A stretch of DNA of 64,000 nt, taken from the NCBI GenBank assembly GCA_041686025.1, contig JAWLEP010000013.1, forward strand, positions 758-64,757, read 5' to 3'. A model generated the notes under the pieces. The model worked only from the letters and a program-made list of their open reading frames with translations, was not told the origin of the DNA and did not search any database. This document shows, in pieces, positions 19,731 to 28,109 of the stretch. Source of the DNA: Candidatus Fermentibacteraceae bacterium. Lineage in GTDB: Bacteria; Fermentibacterota; Fermentibacteria; Fermentibacterales; JCC-6. The position numbers and the translations under genes were made by a program. The number at the start of each line of letters is the position of its first letter. Positions within the stretch are counted from its first letter, which is position 1.

Positions 19731-19813
19731 AGGGTCAGACGTCAACTAGTCAACTATTTTCGTGTGCGGCCGGCCGATTGTCGAAAATAGTTGACTAGTT
19801 GACGTCTGACCCT
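19731..19813. repeat. Perfect 32-bp inverted repeat with AT-rich arms and a 19-nt GC spacer. Candidate operator, structured RNA or MITE-like element.
   Basis: Left arm agggtcagacgtcaactagtcaactattttcg (19731-19762). Right arm 19782-19813 is its exact reverse complement. The spacer tgtgcggccggccgattgt contains the ggccggcc palindrome. Each arm contains the direct repeat gtcaact-a-gtcaact. Confidence 0.75.
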
Positions 19814-19908
19814 GATCGGGGGAACGCCCCGCCGGGGCATTGCCTATATTGCCCGCGCACATACGAGACTGGCTCGAGTCATAGAGAACCCCTTCGGGAG
19901 GAGCCCCG

Positions 19909-21252
19909 ATGAAGCGAATAGATTCTTCCGCCCCCCGGGAGCCCGTATCCGCCGGCGACCTGTCGGCCATGACGGGTGAGACGGTGACCCTGCACGGCAT
20001 GGTGCAGAGGATCCGCAGACTGGGATGGGGGGCGTTCATCGTCCTGCGCCGGCACGACGGAATGGTGCAGTGCGTAATGGGCAGTGAGGGAAACGAGGAG
20101 ATACTGGACAGCCTCTCCGAGGAGCAGGCCGTGCGGGTGACGGGTACGGTGAAGGAGGCCCGTATCAAGGACACCTCCATCCATCCCCGAAACGCGGAGC
20201 TGGGGGTGGAGAGACTGGAGATAATCCACAGGCCGGCGGAGAGGGCGCCGGTGGACCTGACGAAGAAGCTCCTGGACCTGCACATCGACACCAACCTGGA
20301 CCTGCGCCCCCTGTCCCTGCGACATCCGGTGGAGAGAGCGCGCCTGCGGGTGGCCTCCGTCCTGGGGGAGCTCTTCTCCGACTTCCTCCGCCGCTCGGGC
20401 TTCACGGAGATACACACACCGAAGATCTGCTCCGCCGGCGCCGAGGGAGGGGCCAACATCTTCTCGGTGGACTACTTCGGCGAGAGGGCCTTCCTGGCCC
20501 AGTCGCCGCAGTTCTACAAGCAGATGGGCGTGGCGGTCTGGGAGAGGGTGTTCGAGGTGGGCCCGGTCTTCCGGGCGGAGCCCCACCAGACCACGCGGCA
20601 CATAAACGAGTACACCTCCCTGGACCTGGAGATGGGGTTCATAGAGGGACAGGAGGACGTGATGTCCCTGGAGGCCGCCTTCCTCCGCTGGGCCTTCCCC
20701 CGCCTCGAGGAAGTCTGCGCCTACGAGCTGGAGCTGCTGGCGGCGGACGTGCCGGAGATCCCGGATTCCATACCCTGCCTGACCCTGGCGGAGGCCCACG
20801 CGATGGCCGGAGAGGAGCTGGGAAGGGACTTCTCGGGCGAGCCGGACCTGGAGCCTGCCGAGGAGCGCGCCCTCTGCTCACGGCTGGAGGAGGAGACCGG
20901 AAGCGGCTTCGTCTTCGTCACCCACTTTCCCACCGAGAAGCGGCCCTTCTACGCCATGGACGACCCCGACGACCCCGGCCTGACGCTGAGCTTCGACCTG
21001 CTTTTCCGGGGCCTGGAGGTCACCACCGGGGGCCAGAGGATCCACGACTACGCCGCACAGGTGGCGAAGATGGAGCGGTTCGGGCTGGACCCCGCCGACT
21101 TCGCAGGCTACCTGCAGGCCCACAGGTTCGGCCTTCCCCCGCACGGGGGCCTGGCCATCGGGCTGGAGAGGCTTGCGGCCAGGCTGCTGCAGCTGGACAA
21201 CATCCGCCTGACCTCCATGTTCCCCAGGGACGTGAAGCGGCTCACGCCCTAG
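19909..21252 (+). CDS. aspS: Aspartate--tRNA ligase, archaeal/eukaryal-type (class IIb, ~440 aa, likely non-discriminating).
   Basis: OB-fold N-domain, class II motifs (FRAEPHQTTRH..., GGLAIGLERLAARLL motif 3) and the short 447-aa architecture. Confidence 0.9.
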   Translation: MKRIDSSAPREPVSAGDLSAMTGETVTLHGMVQRIRRLGWGAFIVLRRHDGMVQCVMGSEGNEEILDSLSEEQAVRVTGTVKEARIKDTSIHPRNAELGVERLEIIHRPAERAPVDLTKKLLDLHIDTNLDLRPLSLRHPVERARLRVASVLGELFSDFLRRSGFTEIHTPKICSAGAEGGANIFSVDYFGERAFLAQSPQFYKQMGVAVWERVFEVGPVFRAEPHQTTRHINEYTSLDLEMGFIEGQEDVMSLEAAFLRWAFPRLEEVCAYELELLAADVPEIPDSIPCLTLAEAHAMAGEELGRDFSGEPDLEPAEERALCSRLEEETGSGFVFVTHFPTEKRPFYAMDDPDDPGLTLSFDLLFRGLEVTTGGQRIHDYAAQVAKMERFGLDPADFAGYLQAHRFGLPPHGGLAIGLERLAARLLQLDNIRLTSMFPRDVKRLTP

Positions 21253-22190
21253 CGGGACTCAAAGCCGGCCTCCATTCTCAGCCGGATTTCGGGCGCGGCT
21301 GCGGGGCCGACGACGCTCAGCTCGCTGCCGCCGGTATCCAGGAGGTCCCACAGAGGTATCAGGTCGGTGGGGCAGTGGCCTATGCCCCGCAGGGAGTCCT
21401 CCCCCAGAAGCAGGGGGTCCACGGGCATTCCCGAAAGCGGCCCCTCCTCCACCAGGTTCCAGGCGTGGAAGACCAGGCTGTCGCCCCTGCGCACCAGGCC
21501 CCCCACCACTCCCAGCTCCAGCCTGCCGGCCAGCCGGGACCGAAGCTCGCGGGCCATGGACAGGCAGGGGCCGAACCCGTCGCCTCCGTCGGTTCGGGAA
21601 GCCGCAATGGCCTCTTCCAGCAGCCGTTGGAGGGTTACGCCGCCCACGCTGTCGGGCAGGGGCCTGAAGGTTCCAGGGGCCTGCTCCAGGTGCATCAGCA
21701 CCGTCAGCCTGCGGGACTCCCCGGCGGCCAGCGAGTCGATTTCGGCCCTCAGCACGTCTCCGCTGCGGACCATGGAGGCCTGCCCGATCACCAGGCTCTG
21801 GAACGGCCGATGGCTCCGGGGCAGAGGCATCGTCACCTCCAGGTCCCGCACCGGAAGCTCCCCCGCGTTCTCCACCGTGGCTTCCAGCACCAGCACGGTG
21901 TCCAGGGCGGCGGAGCCCCGGGAGCGGTCCCGCAGCCATCCCCGCAGGTCATCGCTGGGGCCGGAGGCCAGCAGCAGCCTGTACTGCCGGAGGGCGTCCT
22001 CGAACTCTCCCGCCAGCTCCAGTAGGCTTCCCAGGCGCACTCCGGCGTCGCCTCCCTCCATCCTGGCAGCGAGCTCGGCGAAGAGGAGGGCCCGCTCCGG
22101 GACCCGGGCCACCGAGACCAGGGAGCGCACTGAGTCCGAGGGAGAGATCACCGGGGCGGCCAGCAGCAGCGCCAGGAGCAGCGTCATCCC
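21249..22190 (-). CDS. Secreted transglutaminase-like (Cys-His-Asp) domain protein.
   Basis: Only the C-terminal ~313 aa of track ORF 21249..23066 are credible (start MTLLLALLLAAPVISPSD). It has a TGc-like core GPCLSMARELRSRLAGRLELGVVGG...LVFHAWNLVEEG. The stop overlaps aspS, and the start overlaps the lolE-like stop. Confidence 0.55.
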   Translation of the reverse strand, partial: GMTLLLALLLAAPVISPSDSVRSLVSVARVPERALLFAELAARMEGGDAGVRLGSLLELAGEFEDALRQYRLLLASGPSDDLRGWLRDRSRGSAALDTVLVLEATVENAGELPVRDLEVTMPLPRSHRPFQSLVIGQASMVRSGDVLRAEIDSLAAGESRRLTVLMHLEQAPGTFRPLPDSVGGVTLQRLLEEAIAASRTDGGDGFGPCLSMARELRSRLAGRLELGVVGGLVRRGDSLVFHAWNLVEEGPLSGMPVDPLLLGEDSLRGIGHCPTDLIPLWDLLDTGGSELSVVGPAAAPEIRLRMEAGFESR

Positions 22191-23407
22191 GAGAGGCCCC
22201 TCACGGGGTCCATCCCGGAGGCCCGCAGGGCCGGGAACGCCGCGGAGGCTGTGCTCAGGCCCACCGCCACAGCCGCCACAGCCGCCACGTTGATGGCGTC
22301 CACCTCCACCGGGATGTGCTGGTGGAACGAGTACACGTCGGGTAGCGTCACCAGCCCCGTGGAGCCCAGGACCCAGCATCCCGCCAGGCCCAGGGCCAGG
22401 CCGATGGCGGCGCCCGTTCCGCCCACCAGCATGCCCTCCCAGAGGAAGACCTTGGCCACCAGGCTCCTGGTGGCGCCCATGGCCTTGAGCATGGCTATGT
22501 CGGACCGCCTCTCGACTGCGGAGCGGGAGATGGTGCCCACGATGTTGAAGGTGGCCACCAGCGTTATCAGGGCTATGGCCAGGAAGGAGCCCAGCCTCTC
22601 CAGCTTCATGGAGGCCAGCAGGTCGGGGTTGCGCTCCCGCCAGCTGCTCAGGACGGCCCCGGGGGGAAGCAGATCCGATACCGCGGCGGCGGCCTGATCG
22701 GTGGTCACCCCCTCCGCCGGCCAGATGGATATGCCGCTGTAGCCCCCCTCGGGGGCCAGCATGCGGGAGGCCTCCTCCAGGGGCAGGTACGCGATCCTCT
22801 GGTCGTTCACCGGCAGCCCCGTCTCCACCGCTCCGGTGAGGACCGCCCGGCCCACAACCATGCCCCGGGGGGAGAAGAAGGCCTCGGGGGGGAAGAAAAG
22901 CAGCGTGTCTCCCGCGCAGTGCCGCAGCCGCTCGGCCAGATACAGCCCTGCTACGGTGCCGGGGAACCCGTCGGAGAGGCGGAGAGCGAGATCCCCGTAG
23001 ACCAGCTTCCCGGCCATTCCGGAGGCCGGAAACTCCGCCCCGGGGTCCACTCCGCGCACCAGGCATCCGGCGTCCAGACCCATTCCCGGGTGCCGGACAA
23101 TGGCCTCGCCCTCCAGGTAGGGAGATGCGGCGCCCACCTCATGCAGGGTTCGAATGCGCTCCACCGTCGGGGGGGGCACCAGGAACCGCGGGCCCTCGGC
23201 GGGGGTTGCGGTGAGAGGTGCATCGACTGTCTGGACGGACTGCCCTATGAAGCTCCCCAGGCCGGCGAGTACGCTGGTCACCACCAGAAGGGCGGCCACG
23301 CCCAGGGCTACGCCGGACACGCTGACCACCGTGGAGAAGGCCAGGCGCCGTCTCTCCGGATGGCGGCGGATGTAGCGCCAGGCCAGGTGCCAGGATAGAG
23401 CGCTCAT
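22184..23407 (-). CDS. ABC transporter permease, FtsX/LolE-MacB family (lipoprotein-release-like).
   Basis: True start is likely the internal MSALSWHLAWRYIRRHPERRRLAFSTVVSVSGVALGVAALLVV, which is the LolE/MacB-type N-terminus. It has a large periplasmic loop and 3 C-terminal TMs. The 80-aa N-terminal extension in the track ORF is probably spurious. Confidence 0.8.
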   Translation of the reverse strand: MSALSWHLAWRYIRRHPERRRLAFSTVVSVSGVALGVAALLVVTSVLAGLGSFIGQSVQTVDAPLTATPAEGPRFLVPPPTVERIRTLHEVGAASPYLEGEAIVRHPGMGLDAGCLVRGVDPGAEFPASGMAGKLVYGDLALRLSDGFPGTVAGLYLAERLRHCAGDTLLFFPPEAFFSPRGMVVGRAVLTGAVETGLPVNDQRIAYLPLEEASRMLAPEGGYSGISIWPAEGVTTDQAAAAVSDLLPPGAVLSSWRERNPDLLASMKLERLGSFLAIALITLVATFNIVGTISRSAVERRSDIAMLKAMGATRSLVAKVFLWEGMLVGGTGAAIGLALGLAGCWVLGSTGLVTLPDVYSFHQHIPVEVDAINVAAVAAVAVGLSTASAAFPALRASGMDPVRGLSG

Positions 23408-23538
23408 GGTCTCCCTTCGTGGAGGTGGTCGGGCTTTGGCGCCGGCCCAGGTGACAAATATGTTCAAAGGAACCTTCTGGAAAGGGAGGCCTTCCGCCCC
23501 CGTATCCAGCCTGCACCGCTCGGAAAGGACCGGGATCA

Positions 23539-26500
23539 ATGCTGCAAGCCATAGCGGTAGCGCTTCTGCTGGCATCGAATCCGGCGGAGCAGATGACCGG
23601 TCCATTCGAACGGGTGCGGACCCCGCGGGCCCCGGCGGTGGAATATACCCCATCGGGGGCCGGGATGTCCCTCAGCTTCCCGGCGCCCCGGGCCAGGGAG
23701 ACGGCCCACGGTCACATCGTCGAGTTTCCCGGCCTCCCCCTGCGGTCGGCAACCGGAGAGCCTCTTCTCCCCTACAGGCGCGTTGTCTTTCCCCTGCCCC
23801 CGCACGGGGAGCCCGAGGTGAGGCTGGAGGGGGCGCGGACCGCTGCCATGGCGCCTCCGGGAAGGCTGGCCATCACTCCCGCCCTCAGGGGGACGGGACT
23901 GGAGACGGTGGAGGACTACTCCATCCCGCTGCGGGAGGGGCCGGACTCCCGCATGGAGTACCGCGTGATGCATCTGGCCGGCTCCAGGGTTGCTGTGGTT
24001 GACGTGTATCCCTACCTCCCCTCGTCTCCGGGCTCGTACCTGACCTCGGCCCGGCTGTCCGTCACCTGGCCGGAGACTCCGGGATGGCGCAGGCTGGAGG
24101 AAGGGCCGCTGGCCGCCGTCTGTCCCCCCGGAGCCCTGTGGTGGCCGGGCCGGGGAGCGAAGGCGGAGAGCCCCTTCTGGGGCAGGCCCTGGGCCAGGAT
24201 GGAGATAGACCAGACCGGCGTCTACTGCCTGACAGGCGCGGAGCTGGAGGCAGCCGGCTGCCAGGTGACTGGGTCGCCGTCGTCCACCCTTCGCATGCTC
24301 ACCGGGGCAGGAGTGGAGTTCGACATCTTCGACAGGACCGAGGAGCAGCCGCCCCAGGAGGTTGCCGTCCGCGTTCTCGACGGCGGCGACGGCACCTTCG
24401 ACACCGCCGACTCGCTGCTGTTCTTCGCCAGGTCCCTGAACCGCTTCCTGCTCTCCGACGGCGGGACGCCCCAGGACGAGATCGCCCACGTGGGCCACGA
24501 GTACGATGACCGCAACGTCTACTGGCTGACCTGGGGAGGGCAGGAGGGCAGGACCATGGAGGAGGTGGGCGCCTCCCCCGACGGCTCCCCCGATTACGGC
24601 GACTCCTCGGTGCACCACCTCTGGATGGAGGAGGACTACGCCTTCAGCAACTACAACGGCTGGACCTGGTACCGCCTCTACCCCCGGCTGGCGCTCTACA
24701 TCTACCTGCAGACACCGGATGCCTCCGGGCCGGGCACCATCGACCTGTCCTTCGCGGTGCCCAGGGGAAACGCGCCCGTGGACGTGATCCTGGACGGCGA
24801 TACCCTGTTCAGCGGGACGATCCCGCCCTTCGGGAACCTCCAGCTGGACTCCGTCGACCTCGGGCCGGCACCCAGGCTGACGGTAAGGCCCGACACCGGC
24901 AGCTGGGAGGAGAACTACCTGGAGCACGTCTACGTACGCTATCCCAGGCAGCTCGCCTCCTGCGGAGGAAGACTGCTCTTCCCCCGGCTGGGCGACTCCG
25001 CCAGGAGGACGCTGGAGCTGGGGATGGCGGACCAGCCGCTACTGCCCCTGGACGTGAGCGACCCCCTCGACCCGCTGGTGCTCGACGGCGGCGCATGGTC
25101 CGACGGACGGCTGACCCTCTCGCACGACCTGGGGCCGGGCAGCGCCCTGTACCTGTGCAGGCCGGACGATCTGCTGAAGCCCGATTCGCTGTTTTCCGCG
25201 CAGCCGGGCCGGATAGTGGGGTCTCTGGAGCCCGTGGATGTGGTCCTCATAGCGGGCGGGGGCCTCCTACAGGCCTCCGAGCCGCTGCGGGCCCTCTACC
25301 AGCAGCGGGGCCGCAGCTGTCACCTGGTGAGCCTGCAGGAGGTTGCCGACGAGTTCGGCGCCGGAGTCATGCACCCGGGAGCCGTCAGGTCTTTCATCCG
25401 CCACATGCTGGACGTCTGGAGCGATCCGGTGGAGGAGGTGGTGTTCGTGGGGGACGGCCACTACGACGTGCTCAACCGAATCACCTCCAGCCCCTGTCCG
25501 TTCCCAGTCTGGTACTTCCACCAGTACTGGAACACGCTGGTCTGCAAGGACGACTTCTTCGCCCTCTGCCATGAGGGCCAGGAGGTCCCCGAGGTTCCGG
25601 TATCCCGGATACCGGCGGACGACCCCGCGCAGCTGGCCGGCATCATCTCCAAGCTGGCCGCCCGGGAGGAGTCGCTGCAGCCGGGCGAGTGGGCCTGCAG
25701 GGACCTGTTGATTGCGGACGATGAATGGGGCCAGTTCGGGGCCAACGAGAGCACGCACACCGAGCAGTGCGACATCATGGCCGACAGCATGCCCCCCAGG
25801 TACCGCAGGGAGAAGTTCTACCTGATCGAGTACCCCTGGCCGCCGGGTACAGACCCCGACCAGGGGGCGCACCCGGACAAGCCCGAGGCAAGGGAGGACC
25901 TGGTGGCCGAGATGAGCCAGGGCTGGCGGACGGCCTGGTACTTCGGCCACGGCTCCTACGGCCAGCTGGCCCAGGAGAAGCTGCTGCTATCCGCGGACGG
26001 CGTCCGGGTGACGGCGGGTCCGGCCTCGCCCGTGCTGCTTACGTTCTGCTGCAACTCCGGCGACTACTTCCTCACCGCCGACGACTGTCTGGCGGAGTAC
26101 TTCGTCCTGGCCCCCGAAGGGGGCTCCATCGCATCGGTGTCGCCCATAGGCGGGACGCTGGGTCCTCCGAACCTCTCGCTGGCCATGGCCATAGCCGAGA
26201 GCATAGAGGAGGGTGCACCGGCCGGTATCGGCTCCGCCCTCTGGGAGGCCAAGGTGGAGCTGTCCAACTCCGGCTCCGGAGGCAGGGCGTCCGACCCCAC
26301 CGGCAACAGCGCCGCCAGCCAGTACCACTGCCTGGGCGACGGGGGCGTCGTGGTTCCCGCGGCCTCCCATATGCCCGGGGGCATGGCCCTGGAGGGGGAT
26401 ACCCTGTTCCGGGGGAGGACCGCCAGGCTGGATCTGGGAGGCGGGGGAGCGTCCTCGCTGTTCGCCAGGCTTACCGAGAGCGGCTCGTACACCCAGTACA

Positions 26501-27363
26501 CGATGCTGGGCGGCACCACAATGACATACCTCCGCAACGGCGGCGCGTTCTACAACGGCAGCCTGGCCGGGGGCCAGGGCCCCATCTCCCTGGACGTGTT
26601 CGTGCCGGTCCAGGCGGACACCGGTCAGCTGGCCCGCTGCGGCGCCCTGGCGGTGGGTGGCCCCGAAGGGCTCTCTGCGGAGGCCCTGGAGTGGGTTTCT
26701 CTTCTGGATCGGGGCGGCTACGAGCCTGACTCCACTCCCCCGGAGGTCGATCTGTGGCTGGAGGGGGCCCGCGGCGAGGAAGAGCCGGCAGTGTGGGGCG
26801 GACAGGTGGTTCGCGCACACCTGGAGGACGAGAGCGGCATATGCGTTCTGGGAGGGGCCGCCGGCAGGTCCCTGCTGCTGAGCGTGGACGGTCAGGGCTT
26901 CGACGTGGGCGACCACTTCAGCTACCGGCAGGGAAGCTCCACCAGCGGCGACCTGGAGTACTCGCTTCCGGCCCTCTCGCTGGGCGAGCACAGGCTGATA
27001 CTGGCCGCCTGGGACGGAATGGCAAACGGCGTCCAGGACACGCTGGACTTCCAGGTGGTGGAGCCCCCCGAGAGACTCATCAGCCAGGTGCTGGTCTATC
27101 CCAATCCCGGGGACGGGGTGCGGGTCTTCAGCTTCCAGGCCACCTCGCCCGGCAGTGTTGAGGCTACTGTCTACACCGCCTCCGGAAGAGCCGTCTGGCA
27201 CGGAACCTCCGACTGCTCCATGGGCTACAACCAGCTGGTGTGGGACGGAAGGGACGATGACGGCGACCGTCTGGCGTGCGGGACCTACATCTACCGGCTT
27301 CGCATGGAGAGCGACCAGGGAGGAGCCGGCGAGAAGGTGGGCCGGCTGGTGGTGATCCGGTGA
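23539..27363 (+). CDS. Giant secreted peptidase C25 (gingipain/PorU-like, clan CD) family protein with T9SS C-terminal sorting domain. Paralog 1.
   Basis: Signal peptide and the clan-CD dyad context WYFGHGSYG (His-Gly) and LLTFCCNSGDYF (hydrophobic block plus Cys). The C-terminus QVLVYPNPGDGVRVFSFQ...GTYIYRL...VVIR is a Por_Secre_tail-like CTD. 1274 aa. Confidence 0.75.
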   Translation: MLQAIAVALLLASNPAEQMTGPFERVRTPRAPAVEYTPSGAGMSLSFPAPRARETAHGHIVEFPGLPLRSATGEPLLPYRRVVFPLPPHGEPEVRLEGARTAAMAPPGRLAITPALRGTGLETVEDYSIPLREGPDSRMEYRVMHLAGSRVAVVDVYPYLPSSPGSYLTSARLSVTWPETPGWRRLEEGPLAAVCPPGALWWPGRGAKAESPFWGRPWARMEIDQTGVYCLTGAELEAAGCQVTGSPSSTLRMLTGAGVEFDIFDRTEEQPPQEVAVRVLDGGDGTFDTADSLLFFARSLNRFLLSDGGTPQDEIAHVGHEYDDRNVYWLTWGGQEGRTMEEVGASPDGSPDYGDSSVHHLWMEEDYAFSNYNGWTWYRLYPRLALYIYLQTPDASGPGTIDLSFAVPRGNAPVDVILDGDTLFSGTIPPFGNLQLDSVDLGPAPRLTVRPDTGSWEENYLEHVYVRYPRQLASCGGRLLFPRLGDSARRTLELGMADQPLLPLDVSDPLDPLVLDGGAWSDGRLTLSHDLGPGSALYLCRPDDLLKPDSLFSAQPGRIVGSLEPVDVVLIAGGGLLQASEPLRALYQQRGRSCHLVSLQEVADEFGAGVMHPGAVRSFIRHMLDVWSDPVEEVVFVGDGHYDVLNRITSSPCPFPVWYFHQYWNTLVCKDDFFALCHEGQEVPEVPVSRIPADDPAQLAGIISKLAAREESLQPGEWACRDLLIADDEWGQFGANESTHTEQCDIMADSMPPRYRREKFYLIEYPWPPGTDPDQGAHPDKPEAREDLVAEMSQGWRTAWYFGHGSYGQLAQEKLLLSADGVRVTAGPASPVLLTFCCNSGDYFLTADDCLAEYFVLAPEGGSIASVSPIGGTLGPPNLSLAMAIAESIEEGAPAGIGSALWEAKVELSNSGSGGRASDPTGNSAASQYHCLGDGGVVVPAASHMPGGMALEGDTLFRGRTARLDLGGGGASSLFARLTESGSYTQYTMLGGTTMTYLRNGGAFYNGSLAGGQGPISLDVFVPVQADTGQLARCGALAVGGPEGLSAEALEWVSLLDRGGYEPDSTPPEVDLWLEGARGEEEPAVWGGQVVRAHLEDESGICVLGGAAGRSLLLSVDGQGFDVGDHFSYRQGSSTSGDLEYSLPALSLGEHRLILAAWDGMANGVQDTLDFQVVEPPERLISQVLVYPNPGDGVRVFSFQATSPGSVEATVYTASGRAVWHGTSDCSMGYNQLVWDGRDDDGDRLACGTYIYRLRMESDQGGAGEKVGRLVVIR

Positions 27364-27374
27364 CGGGGAGCTCC

Positions 27375-28109
27375 ATGGAGAGGGCGGCCGGACTTCTGGC
27401 GGACAGCCGCCGCCCGGTGGCCTTCACCGGCGCGGGCATGTCGAAGGAGAGCGGCATCCGCACCTTCCGGGGAGAGGACGGCTACTGGAGGCGGTACCGG
27501 GCGGAGGACCTGGCCTCGCTGGCGGCTGTACGCAGCGACCCCGAGACGGTGTGGCAGTGGTACGCGGAGAGGCTCCTGCACAACGCCGGGGTGGAGCCCC
27601 ACGCGGGCTACCATGCACTTGTGGAGGCCGAGCGGAGGATCGGATCGCTGCCGGTTGTCACCCAGAACGTGGACGGTCTGCACTCCCGTGCCGGCTCCTC
27701 GGAGGTCATCGAGCTGCACGGCAGCCTCCGGACCGCCTCCTGCCTCGATGAGCCCGGCAGGACCTTCGAGATTACGCCCCGGATGCTGGAGGACCTTCCG
27801 CCCCGGTGTCCCTGCGGCGCGGTGCTGCGGCCGGACGTGGTCCTCTTCGGCGAGGTCCTTCCGCAGGAGGAGATGAGCCGGGCGGCGGAGCTGGCCCGGA
27901 GCTGCGACCTGATGATGGTGGTGGGTACCTCCATGGTGGTCTACCCCGCCGCGGCGGTCCCCTATGCGGCCCTCCGCGCCGGGGCCGGGGTGATAGAGAT
28001 AAACCCCGAGCCCACCGCACTCACCGGAGAGCCGGGGGTGGTCAGCCTGAGGGGCCGCGCCGGAGAGCTGCTGCCCGAGCTGATGGAAACCGCCTGGAGG
28101 GATTCATGA
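27375..28109 (+). CDS. cobB: NAD-dependent protein deacylase, Sir2/CobB family (sirtuin).
   Basis: Motifs VAFTGAGMSKESGIRTFRG, VTQNVDGLHSRAGS, VIELHGSL, and CPCG...PDVVLFGE. The start is likely the internal ATG ~27375 of track ORF 27276..28109. Its stop overlaps the next start (ATGA). Confidence 0.85.
   Translation: MERAAGLLADSRRPVAFTGAGMSKESGIRTFRGEDGYWRRYRAEDLASLAAVRSDPETVWQWYAERLLHNAGVEPHAGYHALVEAERRIGSLPVVTQNVDGLHSRAGSSEVIELHGSLRTASCLDEPGRTFEITPRMLEDLPPRCPCGAVLRPDVVLFGEVLPQEEMSRAAELARSCDLMMVVGTSMVVYPAAAVPYAALRAGAGVIEINPEPTALTGEPGVVSLRGRAGELLPELMETAWRDS

Noticed and set aside
23135-23160. tRNA-like GGGTTCGAATGC T-loop-like string.
   Set aside because: The flanking sequence does not form a T-stem or acceptor stem, and it lies inside the LolE-like coding sequence. 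No tRNA-like cloverleaf could be assembled anywhere in the window.
22184-23653. 80-aa N-terminal extension of the LolE-like ORF (MGYIPPPG...) and the N-terminal 290 aa of ORF 21249..23066.
   Set aside because: The LolE/MacB family N-terminus (MSALSWHLAWRYIRR...) begins at an internal ATG. The upstream extension is Pro/Arg-rich with no TM or signal logic. The first half of the 605-aa ORF overlaps lolE in another frame.
27276-27374. Upstream extension of the sirtuin ORF overlapping the C25 paralog 1 C-terminus.
   Set aside because: The Sir2 family N-terminus (AGLLADSRRPVAFTGAGMS) starts at the internal ATG ~27375. The extension overlaps the well-supported T9SS CTD of the upstream gene.
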